Assembly: GCF_055900595.2 (NCBI RefSeq)
Contig: NZ_CM148325.1
Strand: one strand, 5' to 3'
Length of the DNA: 64,000 bases
Every line of letters begins with the position of its first letter. Position 1 is the first letter of the stretch. A program made the translations under genes and the position numbers. Positions 54,282 to 64,000 of the stretch are shown here, piece after piece. The notes under the pieces are model-generated. The model did not search any database, had not been told where the DNA came from, and was given only the letters and a program-made list of their open reading frames with translations.

Positions 54282-55766
54282 ATGGGTTCCACTTCGTCAT
54301 TATATGCAGCCATTGATCTCGGTTCGAATAGTTTTCATATGCTGGTTGTGCGCGAGGTGGCTGGAAGCATCCAGACGCTGACGCGAATTAAACGCAAAGT
54401 GCGTCTGGCTGCTGGCCTGAACAGCGAAAATGCCCTGTCTAATGAAGCAATGGAGCGCGGTTGGCAATGTTTGCGCCTGTTTGCTGAACGTCTGCAAGAT
54501 ATCCCTCCCTCGCAAATTCGCGTTGTCGCCACGGCGACATTACGCCTTGCCGTCAATGCCGGTGATTTTATTGCCAAAGCGCAGGAAATCCTCGGTTGTC
54601 CGGTACAAGTGATCAGCGGTGAAGAAGAAGCTCGCCTGATTTATCAGGGGGTTGCTCACACCACTGGCGGTGCCGATCAGCGCCTGGTGGTGGATATCGG
54701 CGGCGCCAGTACTGAACTGGTAACCGGCACGGGCGCACAAACCACCTCGTTGTTCAGCCTGTCGATGGGCTGCGTCACCTGGCTGGAACGCTATTTTGCC
54801 GATCGTAATCTGGGGCAGGAAAATTTTGATGCCGCAGAAAAAGCGGCACGCGAAGTGTTACGTCCGGTTGCCGATGAATTGCGGTATCACGGCTGGAAAG
54901 TATGCGTTGGTGCTTCCGGCACTGTGCAGGCCTTACAAGAAATCATGATGGCACAGGGGATGGATGAACGGATTACCCTGGAAAAGTTGCAGCAACTGAA
55001 ACAGCGCGCCATTCATTGTGGTCGACTGGAGGAACTGGAGATCGACGGGCTGACGCTGGAACGTGCGTTAGTGTTCCCGAGTGGTCTGGCGATCCTGATA
55101 GCCATTTTTACCGAACTGAATATTCAGTGTATGACCCTGGCTGGCGGTGCACTGCGTGAAGGCCTGGTCTACGGCATGTTGCATCTGGCCGTCGAGCAGG
55201 ATATTCGCAGCCGTACGCTGCGTAATATTCAACGCCGCTTTATGATCGATATTGATCAGGCTCAGCGAGTAGCCAAAGTTGCGGCTAATTTCTTCGATCA
55301 GGTGGAAAACGAATGGCATCTTGAAGCAATAAGCCGTGATTTGCTCATCAGCGCCTGTCAGCTTCATGAAATCGGTCTGAGCGTTGATTTCAAACAAGCG
55401 CCGCAACATGCTGCTTATCTGGTGCGTAATCTGGATCTTCCCGGTTTTACGCCTGCACAGAAAAAATTACTGGCGACGCTACTACTCAACCAGACGAACC
55501 CAATAGATCTCTCCTCGTTGCATCAACAAAATGCCGTACCGCCACGCGTCGCAGAACAACTCTGCCGTTTACTACGCCTGGCCATCATTTTTGCCAGCCG
55601 TCGCCGTGACGATCTCGTGCCAGAGATGACATTAAAGGCCAACCATGAACTGTTGACCTTGACGCTTCCGCAAGGTTGGCTAACCCAACATCCGCTGGGT
55701 AAAGAGATTATTGATCAGGAAAGCCAGTGGCAAAGCTATGTTCACTGGCCGTTGGAAGTGCATTAA
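54282..55766 (+). CDS. gppA: Guanosine pentaphosphate phosphohydrolase / exopolyphosphatase GppA
   Basis: Track ORF trimmed to the ATG at 54282 ([33 protein letters not shown]..., 494 aa), Ppx/GppA family. Confidence 0.95.
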   Translation: MGSTSSLYAAIDLGSNSFHMLVVREVAGSIQTLTRIKRKVRLAAGLNSENALSNEAMERGWQCLRLFAERLQDIPPSQIRVVATATLRLAVNAGDFIAKAQEILGCPVQVISGEEEARLIYQGVAHTTGGADQRLVVDIGGASTELVTGTGAQTTSLFSLSMGCVTWLERYFADRNLGQENFDAAEKAAREVLRPVADELRYHGWKVCVGASGTVQALQEIMMAQGMDERITLEKLQQLKQRAIHCGRLEELEIDGLTLERALVFPSGLAILIAIFTELNIQCMTLAGGALREGLVYGMLHLAVEQDIRSRTLRNIQRRFMIDIDQAQRVAKVAANFFDQVENEWHLEAISRDLLISACQLHEIGLSVDFKQAPQHAAYLVRNLDLPGFTPAQKKLLATLLLNQTNPIDLSSLHQQNAVPPRVAEQLCRLLRLAIIFASRRRDDLVPEMTLKANHELLTLTLPQGWLTQHPLGKEIIDQESQWQSYVHWPLEVH

Positions 55767-55813
55767 AGAGTAATATGCTGGGTGCGATGCTCGCGCATCT
55801 TACCCGGCCTTGA

Positions 55814-57835
55814 TTATTTCCCTCGTTTTGCTGCCATCATCGCCTTCAGATTTGCCAGATGGTTTTGGCCTTTCTGCATTCGTTCTTCGGCGCTGACAAC
55901 TTTGCGCTCCTGTTCCCATACCAAATCATCCTGCGGCAGCTCCAGCAGGAAGCGACTCGGCTCCGGGCGCACAAGTTCGCCGTACTGACGGCGTTCTTTA
56001 CACAGCGTAAAGGTCAATTCCTTCTGGGCGCGGGTGATGCCAACATAGGCCAGCCGACGCTCCTCATCAATATTGTCTTCATCGATGCTGCTCTGGTGAG
56101 GCAAAAATCCTTCTTCCATACCGACCATGTAGACATAAGGAAACTCCAGCCCTTTTGACGCGTGCAGAGTCATCAGTTGTACCTGATCCAGCTCTTCCTC
56201 GCTCTCGCCGCGCTCCATCATGTCTCGCAGAGTAAAGCGCGTCACCACCTGAGTGAGCGTCATCGGCTCATCCAGTTCACTGCCTTCCAGCATCTCCGTC
56301 ATCCAGCTAAACAGTTGGTTGACGTTCTTCATGCGCATTTCGGCAGCTTTCGGGCTGGGCGATGTTTCATACAGCCAGGATTCATAATCCATGCCGTGGA
56401 TCAGATCGCGTACTGCGGCAATCGGTTCCCGCTCCGCCAGGCGCTGGATTTCCGCTAGCCAGTGAGTGAAGCGGGTCAATGCTTCATAACCACGTCCACT
56501 AAGCGTCTGACTCAGGCCCATATCAAAACTGGCGGTAAACATACTTTTATTGCGCGTCATCGCCCACTCGCCCAGCTTTTTCAGCGTCGCCGGGCCAATC
56601 TCTCGTTTCGGCGTGTTAACGATACGCAGAAATGCGCTGTCATCGTCCGGGTTAGTCAGCACGCGCAGATAAGCCAGCAAATCTTTGATTTCTGGGCGAG
56701 AGAAAAACGACGTGCCACCGGAAATTTTGTACGGGATGCGGTTTTGCATCAGGAATTTTTCAAACACCCGCGACTGATGGTTACCACGATAAAGAATGGC
56801 GTAATCTTTGTACTGCGTTTTATTGACGAAGTGATGGGCGATCAATTCACCGGTGACGCGCTCGGCCTCATGTTCCTCGTTATTCGCGCTTAAAACTTTT
56901 AGCTCTGTGCCGTAACCCAGTTCAGAAAAAAGACGCTTTTCAAAGACGTGCGGGTTATTGGCGATAAGGATGTTCGCCGCTTTCAGAATACGCCCGGAAG
57001 AGCGATAGTTCTGTTCGAGTTTAATCACCTTCAACGCAGGGAAATCCTGGCTCAACAGCACCAGGTTTTGCGGACGGGCACCGCGCCAGGAGTAGATCGA
57101 CTGGTCATCATCGCCTACCACGGTAAAACGTGCGCGGCTGCCCACCAGCAGTTTCACCAGTTCATACTGGCTGGTGTTGGTGTCCTGATACTCATCCACC
57201 AGCAGGTAGCGAATTTTGTTCTGCCAGCGCTCGCGGACTTCTTCATTGCGTTGCAGCAGTAACGTCGGCAATAAAATCAGATCATCGAAGTCGAGAACGT
57301 TACAGGCTTTCAGGTGTGAATCATACAGCCCATAACAATGGGCAAAAATGCGATCCCGCTCGCCCTTTGCTTCTGCCGCCGCCTGCGCCGGTGTTTTGAG
57401 ATCGTTCTTCCAGTTAGAGATGGTCGAAATCAGCTGTTGCAGAAGAACTTTGTCATCTTCAATCAGCCCCTCGGTCAGTTCTTTGAGCAACGCCAGTTGA
57501 TCGGTATCGTCAAACAGTGAAAAGTTCGCTTTCATCCCAAGCGCCGCATACTCCCGTTTGATGATATCCAGCCCTAATGTATGGAAGGTGGAGATCATCA
57601 GCCCGCGCGCCTCTTTACGCCCCAGCGTCTGCCCGACACGCTCTTTCATCTCGCGCGCCGCCTTATTGGTAAAGGTCACCGCCGCGATATGCCGTGCCTG
57701 ATAACCGCAACCGCGGATCAGATGGGCGATTTTATTGGTGATAACACGAGTTTTACCGGAACCCGCGCCCGCCAGCACCAGGCAGGGGCCGGTAACGAAT
57801 TCGACAGCTTGTTGTTGGCCGGGGTTTAGACGCAT
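55814..57835 (-). CDS. rep: ATP-dependent DNA helicase Rep
   Basis: Track ORF trimmed to the ATG at 57833-57835 ([41 protein letters not shown]..., 673 aa). Confidence 0.95.
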   Translation of the reverse strand: MRLNPGQQQAVEFVTGPCLVLAGAGSGKTRVITNKIAHLIRGCGYQARHIAAVTFTNKAAREMKERVGQTLGRKEARGLMISTFHTLGLDIIKREYAALGMKANFSLFDDTDQLALLKELTEGLIEDDKVLLQQLISTISNWKNDLKTPAQAAAEAKGERDRIFAHCYGLYDSHLKACNVLDFDDLILLPTLLLQRNEEVRERWQNKIRYLLVDEYQDTNTSQYELVKLLVGSRARFTVVGDDDQSIYSWRGARPQNLVLLSQDFPALKVIKLEQNYRSSGRILKAANILIANNPHVFEKRLFSELGYGTELKVLSANNEEHEAERVTGELIAHHFVNKTQYKDYAILYRGNHQSRVFEKFLMQNRIPYKISGGTSFFSRPEIKDLLAYLRVLTNPDDDSAFLRIVNTPKREIGPATLKKLGEWAMTRNKSMFTASFDMGLSQTLSGRGYEALTRFTHWLAEIQRLAEREPIAAVRDLIHGMDYESWLYETSPSPKAAEMRMKNVNQLFSWMTEMLEGSELDEPMTLTQVVTRFTLRDMMERGESEEELDQVQLMTLHASKGLEFPYVYMVGMEEGFLPHQSSIDEDNIDEERRLAYVGITRAQKELTFTLCKERRQYGELVRPEPSRFLLELPQDDLVWEQERKVVSAEERMQKGQNHLANLKAMMAAKRGK

Positions 57836-58051
57836 AGGTGTATTGCTCAATCTTCGAACGGGGGGAGGATTGTAGCAGAATCGCATTTGAATGTGACCGA
57901 GTGAAAACCGCTAACCGGATGGCTGCGGATGTTTAAATCAGAGAGGGAAGGCCGAAACCGGAGTGCATCATGAATCCATTAGACTTAGAAAATATCGGGT
58001 CGTAACGTTGTGTTATTACTTTTTCAGAGTTTACTAAGGAGAGGTTTACTC

Positions 58052-58501
58052 GTGGCGATTAATTTCAGCCCCAAGGTTGGTGAAATACTGGAATGCAACT
58101 TTGGTAACTATCCTGTTAGCCAGAATGGACAGTTCAGCACGACGTATTACGATGGCCGCATTCCACCTGAGATGATAAAAAATAGGTTGGTTGTCGTGCT
58201 CAACGGAAAAATTAATGGCAACGCATGTATCGTCGTTCCATTATCAACCACTCGCGACCATGACAAGTTAAATCGTGGAATGCATGTTGAAATAGCCAGT
58301 AATGTTATCAATGACCTGCAATTCTTTGATCAGCAGATACGTTGGGCTAAAGCCGACCTGGTACAACAAGTCAGTCGAAACCGATTAAACAGAGCAAGGA
58401 CTTATCGGGGGTATCTTAATCAATGTTTGCCACATGAGTTGGTTGCAGACATACAGAGGGCAGTCATCAAGTCAATCAATGCCATATCGCTCATAAATTG
58501 A
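58052..58501 (+). CDS. yifN: PemK/MazF-like (yifN-type) protein, apparently intact
   Basis: Track ORF 58010..58501. I prefer the GTG at 58052 because AAGGAGAGG lies 7 nt upstream. PemK/MazF-like blocks: PKVGEILECNFG (compare P-x-x-G-E/D-I/L-W), RLVVVLNG and CIVVPLSTT. Similarity judged by eye only. Confidence 0.65.
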   Translation: MAINFSPKVGEILECNFGNYPVSQNGQFSTTYYDGRIPPEMIKNRLVVVLNGKINGNACIVVPLSTTRDHDKLNRGMHVEIASNVINDLQFFDQQIRWAKADLVQQVSRNRLNRARTYRGYLNQCLPHELVADIQRAVIKSINAISLIN

Positions 58502-58578
58502 CAATAAAATCACCATCCCCGATAATGACTCTGTAGCCCATAGAGGCCCTAAGTTTTCTCCCCTTGAGGGACCTGCGA

Positions 58579-58600
58579 AGCCCGGATTTTCCGGGCTTTT
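58579..58600 (+). terminator. Candidate intrinsic terminator downstream of yifN
   Basis: AGCCCGG–ATTTT–CCGGGCT hairpin followed by TTTT. Confidence 0.5.
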
Positions 58601-58628
58601 GCCATATATGTCCCCCCTCCCTGACTGA

Positions 58629-58934
<306 letters not shown>

Positions 58935-58936
58935 CA

Positions 58937-58964
58937 GCAAGGCCTTCTCCGGGAGAAGGCCTTG
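58937..58964. terminator. Long perfect palindrome between the convergent ppiC and ilvC (probable bidirectional terminator)
   Basis: CAAGGCCTTCTCC-C-GGGAGAAGGCCTTG, a 12-13 bp stem directly after the ppiC stop and before the ilvC stop. No strong T-tract. Confidence 0.5.
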
Positions 58965-58979
58965 AACTCTGAATCGCAC

Positions 58980-60455
58980 TTAACCCGCAACTGCAATACG
59001 TTTCATATCCGTCATATAGCCGCGCAGTTTCTTACCTACCTGCTCAATCGCATGGCTGCGAATCGCTTCGTTCACATCACGCAACTGCGCGTTATCTACC
59101 GCACCTTCCGGAATAGCTTTACCCAGGTCGCCCGGTTGCAGCTCTGCCATAAACGGTTTCAGCAACGGCACACAAGCGTAAGAGAACAGATAGTTACCGT
59201 ACTCGGCGGTATCAGAGATAACCACGTTCATTTCGTACAGACGCTTACGGGCGATGGTATTGGCAATCAGCGGCAGTTCGTGCAGTGATTCATAGTAAGC
59301 AGACTCTTCGATGATGCCGGAATCAACCATGGTTTCGAATGCCAGCTCAACGCCTGCTTTTACCATCGCGATCATCAGTACGCCTTTATCGAAGTACTCC
59401 TGCTCGCCGATTTTGCCTTCATACTGCGGCGCGGTTTCGAACGCGGTTTTGCCGGTCTCTTCACGCCAGGTCAGCAGTTTCTTATCGTCGTTAGCCCAGT
59501 CCGCCATCATGCCGGAAGAGAATTCGCCAGAGATGATATCGTCCATATGTTTCTGGAACAGCGGTGCCATGATCTCTTTCAGTTGCTCTGACAGCGCATA
59601 AGCACGCAGTTTCGCCGGGTTAGAGAGCCGGTCCATCATCAGGGTGATGCCGCCCTGCTTCAGGGCTTCGGTGATGGTTTCCCAACCGAACTGAATCAGT
59701 TTTTCTGCATATGCCGGGTCGGTGCCTTCTTCCACCAGCTTGTCGAAGCACAGCAGAGAGCCAGCCTGCAACATACCGCACAGAATGGTTTGCTCGCCCA
59801 TCAGGTCAGATTTCACTTCCGCAACAAAGGACGACTCCAGCACGCCCGCACGGTGACCACCGGTGGCTGCCGCCCATGCTTTAGCGATCGCCATGCCTTC
59901 GCCTTTCGGATCGTTTTCCGGGTGAACGGCAATCAGCGTCGGTACGCCAAACCCACGTTTGTACTCTTCACGCACTTCGGTGCCAGGGCATTTCGGCGCA
60001 ACCATTACTACGGTGATGTCTTTACGGATCTGCTCGCCCACTTCGACGATGTTGAAACCATGCGAGTAACCCAGCGCCGCGCCGTCTTTCATCAGCGGCT
60101 GTACGGAACGCACCACGTCGGAGTGCTGTTTGTCTGGCGTCAGGTTAACGACCAGATCCGCCTGCGGGATCAGCTCTTCATAAGTGCCAACTTTAAAACC
60201 GTTTTCGGTCGCTTTACGCCAGGATGCGCGCTTCTCAGCGATCGCTTCTTTACGCAAGGCATAGGAGATGTCCAGACCAGAATCACGCATGTTCAGGCCC
60301 TGGTTCAGACCCTGTGCGCCACAACCGACGATGACCACTTTTTTACCCTGAAGGTAGCTCGCGCCGTCAGCGAATTCGTCGCGGCCCATAAAGCGACATT
60401 TACCCAGTTGCGCCAGTTGCTGGCGCAGATTCAGTGTATTGAAGTAGTTAGCCAT
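58980..60455 (-). CDS. ilvC: Ketol-acid reductoisomerase (NADP+)
   Basis: 491-aa [65 protein letters not shown]..., matching IlvC. Confidence 0.97.
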
Positions 60456-60606
60456 GGTGATTCCTCGTGATGTTGTGCTTCTTATTGTTCGGTTCGCTGA
60501 TGAGCGAGAATGTCACCACATTACAACAGGAAATTTATTGCGGAAATTGATATATTCACAACGTCATGTTGCAATTTCTGCAACGTCCTAACCGGGGGAT
60601 CTACCA
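60456..60606. promoter_or_regulatory. ilvC–ilvY divergent promoter/operator region
   Basis: 151-bp gap between the divergent ilvC and ilvY starts. IlvY is known to bind tandem operators here; the sites were not individually mapped. Confidence 0.5.
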
Positions 60607-61497
60607 GTGGATTTACGCGACCTGAAAATGTTTCTACATCTGGCGGAAAGCCGCCATTTTGGCCGCAGCGCACGGGCGATGCACGTCAGTCCGTCCACGC
60701 TTTCGCGTCAGATTCAGCGCCTGGAAGACGATCTCGGTCAACCATTGTTTGTACGCGATAACCGTACGGTGACGCTGACGGAAGCGGGCGAAGAACTGCG
60801 CGTTTTCGCCCAGCAAACACTGTTGCAGTATCAGCAATTGCGCCACACCATCGACCAGCAAGGGCCGTCCCTCTCTGGCGAATTACATATCTTCTGCTCG
60901 GTGACCGCTGCCTACAGCCATCTGCCGCCGATTCTGGATCGCTTCCGCGCGGAACACCCGTCGGTGGAGATTAAACTCACTACTGGTGATGCGGCGGACG
61001 CAATGGAAAAAGTTGTAACGGGGGAAGCGGATCTGGCGATTGCCGGGAAGCCGGAGACGCTGCCCGGTGCGGTGGCGTTTTCGATGCTGGAGAACCTTGC
61101 GGTGGTGCTGATCGCGCCAGCCTTACCGTGCCCGGTGCGTAATCAGGTTTCGGTAGAGAAGCCGGACTGGTCTACAGTGCCGTTTATCATGGCCGATCAG
61201 GGACCGGTACGCCGCCGCATTGAACTGTGGTTCCGACGCAACAAAATCAGCAACCCGATGATTTACGCCACGGTTGGTGGGCATGAAGCGATGGTATCGA
61301 TGGTGGCGCTCGGCTGCGGCGTGGCCTTGTTGCCAGAAGTGGTGCTGGAAAACAGCCCGGAACCGGTGCGTAACCGCGTGATGATTCTGGAGCGTAGCGA
61401 TGAGAAAACGCCGTTTGAGCTGGGCGTTTGTGCACAAAAAAAGCGGCTGCATGAGCCGCTGATTGAGGCTTTCTGGAAGATTTTACCGAACCATTAA
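60607..61497 (+). CDS. ilvY: LysR-family regulator IlvY
   Basis: 296-aa ORF starting at a GTG (MDLRDLKMFLHLAESRHFGRSARAMHVSPSTLSRQIQRLEDDLGQPLF...), an HTH LysR N-terminus. Confidence 0.95.
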   Translation: MDLRDLKMFLHLAESRHFGRSARAMHVSPSTLSRQIQRLEDDLGQPLFVRDNRTVTLTEAGEELRVFAQQTLLQYQQLRHTIDQQGPSLSGELHIFCSVTAAYSHLPPILDRFRAEHPSVEIKLTTGDAADAMEKVVTGEADLAIAGKPETLPGAVAFSMLENLAVVLIAPALPCPVRNQVSVEKPDWSTVPFIMADQGPVRRRIELWFRRNKISNPMIYATVGGHEAMVSMVALGCGVALLPEVVLENSPEPVRNRVMILERSDEKTPFELGVCAQKKRLHEPLIEAFWKILPNH

Positions 61498-63038
61498 CCT
61501 GCCAAAAAGAACCTGAACGCCGGGTTATGGGTTTCGTCGTGGCAATCGTAGCCCAGCTCATTTAGCCGGGTTTCGAAATCCGGTTCATGATCGCCAAGCT
61601 CGAACGCCGCCAGTACGCGCCCGTAGTCGGTACCGTGGCTGCGATAATGGAACAGCGAGATGTTCCAGTGCGTACCCAGCGTGTTGAGGAAGCGCAGCAG
61701 CGCACCCGGTGATTCCGGGAATTCGAAGCTGTAGAGACGTTCCTGCAACGGATGCGATGGACGCCCGCCAACCATATAGCGCACGTGTAGCTTCGCCATT
61801 TCGTCGTCGGAGAGATCAACCACGCTGTAGCCGCCATCGTTGAGCATCTGCAAAATTTCTTTACGCTCTTCGAGGCCGCGGCTTAAGCGCACGCCGACAA
61901 AAATGCAGGCGTTTTTCGCATCGGCAAAGCGGTAGTTGAACTCGGTGACCGAGCGCCCGCCAAGCAACTGGCAGAACTTCAGGAAGCTGCCCTTCTCTTC
62001 CGGAATGGTCACCGCCAGCAATGCTTCACGTTGTTCGCCCAGTTCGCAGCGTTCCGAGACGTAGCGCAGGCCGTGGAAGTTCACGTTAGCACCGGAAAGA
62101 ATATGCGCCAGCCGTTCACCGCGAATGTTGTGCTGAGCGATATATTTTTTCATCCCTGCCAGTGCCAGCGCGCCGGAGGGTTCCGCCACCGCGCGCACAT
62201 CTTCGAATAAATCCTTCATCGCCGCACAGATAGCATCACTATCGACGGTGATGATGTCGTCGAGATACTCCTGGCACAAACGGAAGGTTTCGTCGCCAAT
62301 GCGTTTTACCGCAACGCCTTCAGCAAACAGCCCCACGCGCGGCAGATCCACAGGATGACCCGCATCCAGCGCCGCTTTCAGGCAGGCAGAATCTTCCGCT
62401 TCTACGGCGATCACTTTGATTTGCGGCATCAGTTGTTTGATCAACACCGCCACACCCGCCGCCAGACCGCCGCCGCCGACCGGCACAAACACGCGGTCAA
62501 GATGGGCATCCTGCTGGAGCAGTTCCAGCGCCAGCGTGCCTTGCCCAGCGATCACCATCGGGTGGTCGAACGGTGGCACCCAGGTGAAGCCCTGCTGCTG
62601 TGACAGTTCGATCGCTTTCGCTTTTGCTTCGTCAAAGTTCGCGCCATGAAGCAACACTTCGCCGCCAAAGCCGCGTACCGCATCAACTTTGATATCGGCG
62701 GTGGCGGTTGGCATGACGATCAGCGCCTTCACGCCTAACCGTGCGGAAGAAAACGCGACGCCCTGCGCGTGATTACCCGCCGAGGCAGTGATCACGCCGT
62801 GCGCTTTTTGTTCTTCCGTCAGGCCCGCCATCATGGCGTATGCACCGCGCAGCTTAAAGCTGTGTACCGGCTGGCGATCTTCGCGCTTCACCAGAATCAC
62901 GTTATCAAGACGCGACGAGAGCTTTTCCATTTTTTGTAGCGGCGTGACCTGCGCCGCCTCGTAAACCGGTGCACGTAGCACCGCTCTTAAATATTCGGCG
63001 CCTTCCGGAGCACCAGACAGGGGTTGTGAGTCTGCCAT
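61494..63038 (-). CDS. ilvA: Biosynthetic threonine dehydratase (deaminase)
   Basis: MADSQPLSGAPEGAEYLRAVLRAPVYEAAQVTPLQKMEKLSSRL..., started at the second Met (514 aa). PLP-binding region around FKLRGA. The 3' end overlaps the ilvY 3' end by 4 bp. Confidence 0.95.
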   Translation of the reverse strand: MADSQPLSGAPEGAEYLRAVLRAPVYEAAQVTPLQKMEKLSSRLDNVILVKREDRQPVHSFKLRGAYAMMAGLTEEQKAHGVITASAGNHAQGVAFSSARLGVKALIVMPTATADIKVDAVRGFGGEVLLHGANFDEAKAKAIELSQQQGFTWVPPFDHPMVIAGQGTLALELLQQDAHLDRVFVPVGGGGLAAGVAVLIKQLMPQIKVIAVEAEDSACLKAALDAGHPVDLPRVGLFAEGVAVKRIGDETFRLCQEYLDDIITVDSDAICAAMKDLFEDVRAVAEPSGALALAGMKKYIAQHNIRGERLAHILSGANVNFHGLRYVSERCELGEQREALLAVTIPEEKGSFLKFCQLLGGRSVTEFNYRFADAKNACIFVGVRLSRGLEERKEILQMLNDGGYSVVDLSDDEMAKLHVRYMVGGRPSHPLQERLYSFEFPESPGALLRFLNTLGTHWNISLFHYRSHGTDYGRVLAAFELGDHEPDFETRLNELGYDCHDETHNPAFRFFLAG

Positions 63039-63040
63039 CA

Positions 63041-64000
63041 TTAACCCCCCAGTTTCGATTTATCGCGCACCGCGCCTTTGTCGGCGCTGGTTGCCAGGCT
63101 GGCGTAGGCGCGCAGGGCAAAGGAAACCTGACGTTCACGGTTTTTCGGCGTCCAGGCTTTGTTGCCACGGGCTTCCTGCGCTTCACGACGGGCCGCCAGT
63201 TCGGCATCGCTTACCTGTAACTGAATGCCACGGTTCGGAATGTCGATAGCGATCAGGTCACCATCTTCAATCAGGCCAATGCTGCCGCCGCTTGCCGCTT
63301 CCGGCGAGACGTGGCCGATGGAAAGACCAGAGGTGCCGCCGGAGAAGCGTCCATCGGTGATCAGCGCACAGGCTTTGCCGAGCCCCATTGATTTCAGGAA
63401 GCTGGTTGGGTAGAGCATTTCCTGCATGCCAGGGCCGCCTTTCGGGCCTTCATAGCGGATCACCACCACATCGCCCGCGACAACTTTGCCACCGAGGATC
63501 GCTTCTACCGCGTCGTCCTGGCTTTCGTACACTTTCGCCGGGCCGGTGAATTTTAGGATGCTGTCATCGACGCCTGCGGTTTTAACGATGCAGCCGTTTT
63601 CTGCGAAATTACCGTAGAGCACCGCCAGACCGCCGTCTTTGCTGTAGGCGTGTTCCAGCGAGCGGATACAGCCATTGGAGCGATCGTCGTCCAGCGTATC
63701 CCAGCGGCAATCCTGCGAGAATGCCTGTGTAGTACGAATGCCCGCAGGGCCAGCGCGGAACATATTTTTTACCGCATCATCCTGGGTCACGACGATGTCG
63801 TATTGTTCCAGTGTTTGCGGCAACGTCAGGCCAAGTACGTTTTTCACATCACGGTTCAGTAACCCCGCGCGATCCAGTTCGCCGAGAATACCGATAACAC
63901 CACCAGCACGGTGAACATCTTCCATATGGTATTTCTGGGTGCTCGGCGCGACTTTACACAGCTGCGGTACTTTGCGGGAGAGCTTATCGATATCACTCAT
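63041..64000 (-). CDS. ilvD: Dihydroxy-acid dehydratase IlvD, C-terminal part only; the 5' end lies beyond the window end
   Basis: Minus-strand ORF running off the window end. The translation (…[52 protein letters not shown]…) is the IlvD/Edd-family C-terminus. The initial M in the track entry is an artefact of the window edge. Confidence 0.93.
   Translation of the reverse strand: MSDIDKLSRKVPQLCKVAPSTQKYHMEDVHRAGGVIGILGELDRAGLLNRDVKNVLGLTLPQTLEQYDIVVTQDDAVKNMFRAGPAGIRTTQAFSQDCRWDTLDDDRSNGCIRSLEHAYSKDGGLAVLYGNFAENGCIVKTAGVDDSILKFTGPAKVYESQDDAVEAILGGKVVAGDVVVIRYEGPKGGPGMQEMLYPTSFLKSMGLGKACALITDGRFSGGTSGLSIGHVSPEAASGGSIGLIEDGDLIAIDIPNRGIQLQVSDAELAARREAQEARGNKAWTPKNRERQVSFALRAYASLATSADKGAVRDKSKLGG

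Noticed and set aside
58010-58051. Upstream start for the yifN-like ORF at 58010
   Set aside because: No ribosome-binding site; the GTG at 58052 is preceded by AAGGAGAGG at ideal spacing.
62355-62649. Plus-strand ORFs within ilvA, and 61562-61837 on the minus strand
   Set aside because: Overlapping alternative frames of ilvA with biased, low-complexity composition; no independent support.

Overview
This window is an enterobacterial (Escherichia coli / Shigella-type) chromosomal segment covering the metE–ilvD region, read in the opposite orientation to the usual K-12 map. Almost all of it is recognisable core genome: metE (partial), metR, yigM, yigL, pldB, rhtB, rhtC, recQ, pldA, yigI, rarD, yigG, yigF, corA, yigE, uvrD, yigB, xerC, yigA, dapF, yifL, cyaY, cyaA, hemCDXY, the sRNA GlmZ, aslA, aslB, the argX-hisR-leuT-proM tRNA operon, yifK, the 12-gene enterobacterial common antigen (wec/rff) cluster, rho with its leader peptide rhoL, trxA, rhlB, gppA, rep, ppiC, ilvC, ilvY, ilvA and ilvD (partial). 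Gene identities come from reading the supplied translations against remembered protein sequences; no database search was run. Three loci are not explained by that backbone and are the main things to follow up. First, a complete IS629-like IS3-family element (1310 bp, 3-bp GTC target duplication) sits upstream of yifL, followed by two tandem, overlapping, paralogous secreted DKNYY-like repeat proteins inserted in the yifL–cyaY divergent region. Second, a 199-codon ORF for a predicted two-helix membrane protein is wedged between the hemY terminator and the 3' end of GlmZ. Third, an intact PemK/MazF-like yifN ORF lies between rep and ppiC. From memory of K-12 gene order, the first two are absent from K-12 and yifN is a pseudogene there. 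Other noted features include REP/BIME repeats, a LexA box at uvrD, intrinsic terminators and a (CCTGCA)5 repeat in hemX. Many track ORFs are antisense shadows inside real genes and were rejected.
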